A stretch of 64,000 nt of DNA from Eledone cirrhosa (taxonomy: Eukaryota): assembly GCA_964016885.1 (NCBI GenBank), contig OZ024740.1, positions 132,990,001-133,054,000 of the forward strand. The letters are read 5' to 3'. The notes beneath the pieces are model-generated. The model was given only the letters and a program-made list of their open reading frames with translations. It was not told where the DNA came from and ran no database searches. This document shows, piece by piece, positions 63,161 to 64,000 of this stretch (the first letter of the stretch is position 1; every line of letters starts with the position of its first letter). The position numbers were made by a program, and so were the translations under genes.

Positions 63161-64000
63161 TTTATTACCTCTTGATGTTTGCTGCAATCCTGTAATTGAT
63201 TACCTAATCTTTACAATTTACACGTGATGACGTCGCCAAAGGCTTAGGTCATTGTCTAATGATGTAAACAGAACATAGAAATACCTATTGTGACTTTGCA
63301 ACATTGAAATAATATTTGGAATCCGGCCTTTTTGTGTCATAAATATAGTGTAGCTAGTCAATTTTGCCATTCTGTCTTCGGGGCGCTGCTGAAACACCAG
63401 TCCGTCTTGTGTGCGCAGTCTGCTGCCCCTTTCCTATCTCTCGTTTTCTCGTTGCTTTATTCTTTTCTCTTAATCAATTTCGTTTTTTCCATACATTTTT
63501 GTATCTTTGTTTGTCATGTGTATTGTAGTTTATTAAACGGATGCTTATTTAGTTGCCACAAATAAATTTGACAAAGAAATAACCATCCAATTGCTAAAAT
63601 AATTGAGGAATGGATTATTTACCTACCCAATAATAAAACTGAATTGAAATTCATCTGAGATGTTTATTGTATTTGTTATTTCGAAACAAGATACTTCTAA
63701 ATAATATAAAAAATGATATATCTTTCAACACCCGGGTTGTATCAACAATCTTAAAAATCAAATACAAAAATATAGAAATGGGGACACAGCATGAACTCTA
63801 TCGATACGTATAAGTAAAGATACCAAGTCCAAAATTTGACATCCAATATTGAGCATATCTTTGATGTTTCGAAGAATATAAGTGGTTTTAAAGAATAGTA
63901 TAAATATATAAGGCCAAGTGTAAAGTGAAAATGTGAATATCATTAAGAGGGCTAGTAAACGTTTCGTGCGTTCCATTACAGGGGGAATGAAGCTCATTAT

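Overview
AT-rich eukaryotic (animal) repeat-dense DNA with no recognisable host gene. The (TA)n/(CA)n/(TAA)n microsatellites, tRNA-derived SINE and retroelement mix suggest a coleoid cephalopod such as Octopus (inference from recall, not tested). 1-31.3 kb is a field of Penelope-like element (PLE) remnants, long inverted repeats, SINEs and Helitron-like elements beside (TA)n tracts, with more than a dozen hammerhead-ribozyme (HHR) motifs from several unrelated families. 31.4-63.2 kb is a cluster of non-LTR retrotransposons: one intact two-ORF L1/Tx1-clade element, two decayed relatives, several R4/Dong-type RT+RLE elements and an RTE fragment. Most notable: (i) a 485-bp tandem repeat with a complete HHR in each unit (retrozyme-like); (ii) a repeated motif with all three HHR core strands in a non-canonical order; (iii) Tx1 and Dong elements occupying the same (TAA)n tracts in opposite orientations; (iv) an ORF1/5'UTR swap between Tx1 copies with near-identical ORF2. 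All coordinates and pairings were read by eye.
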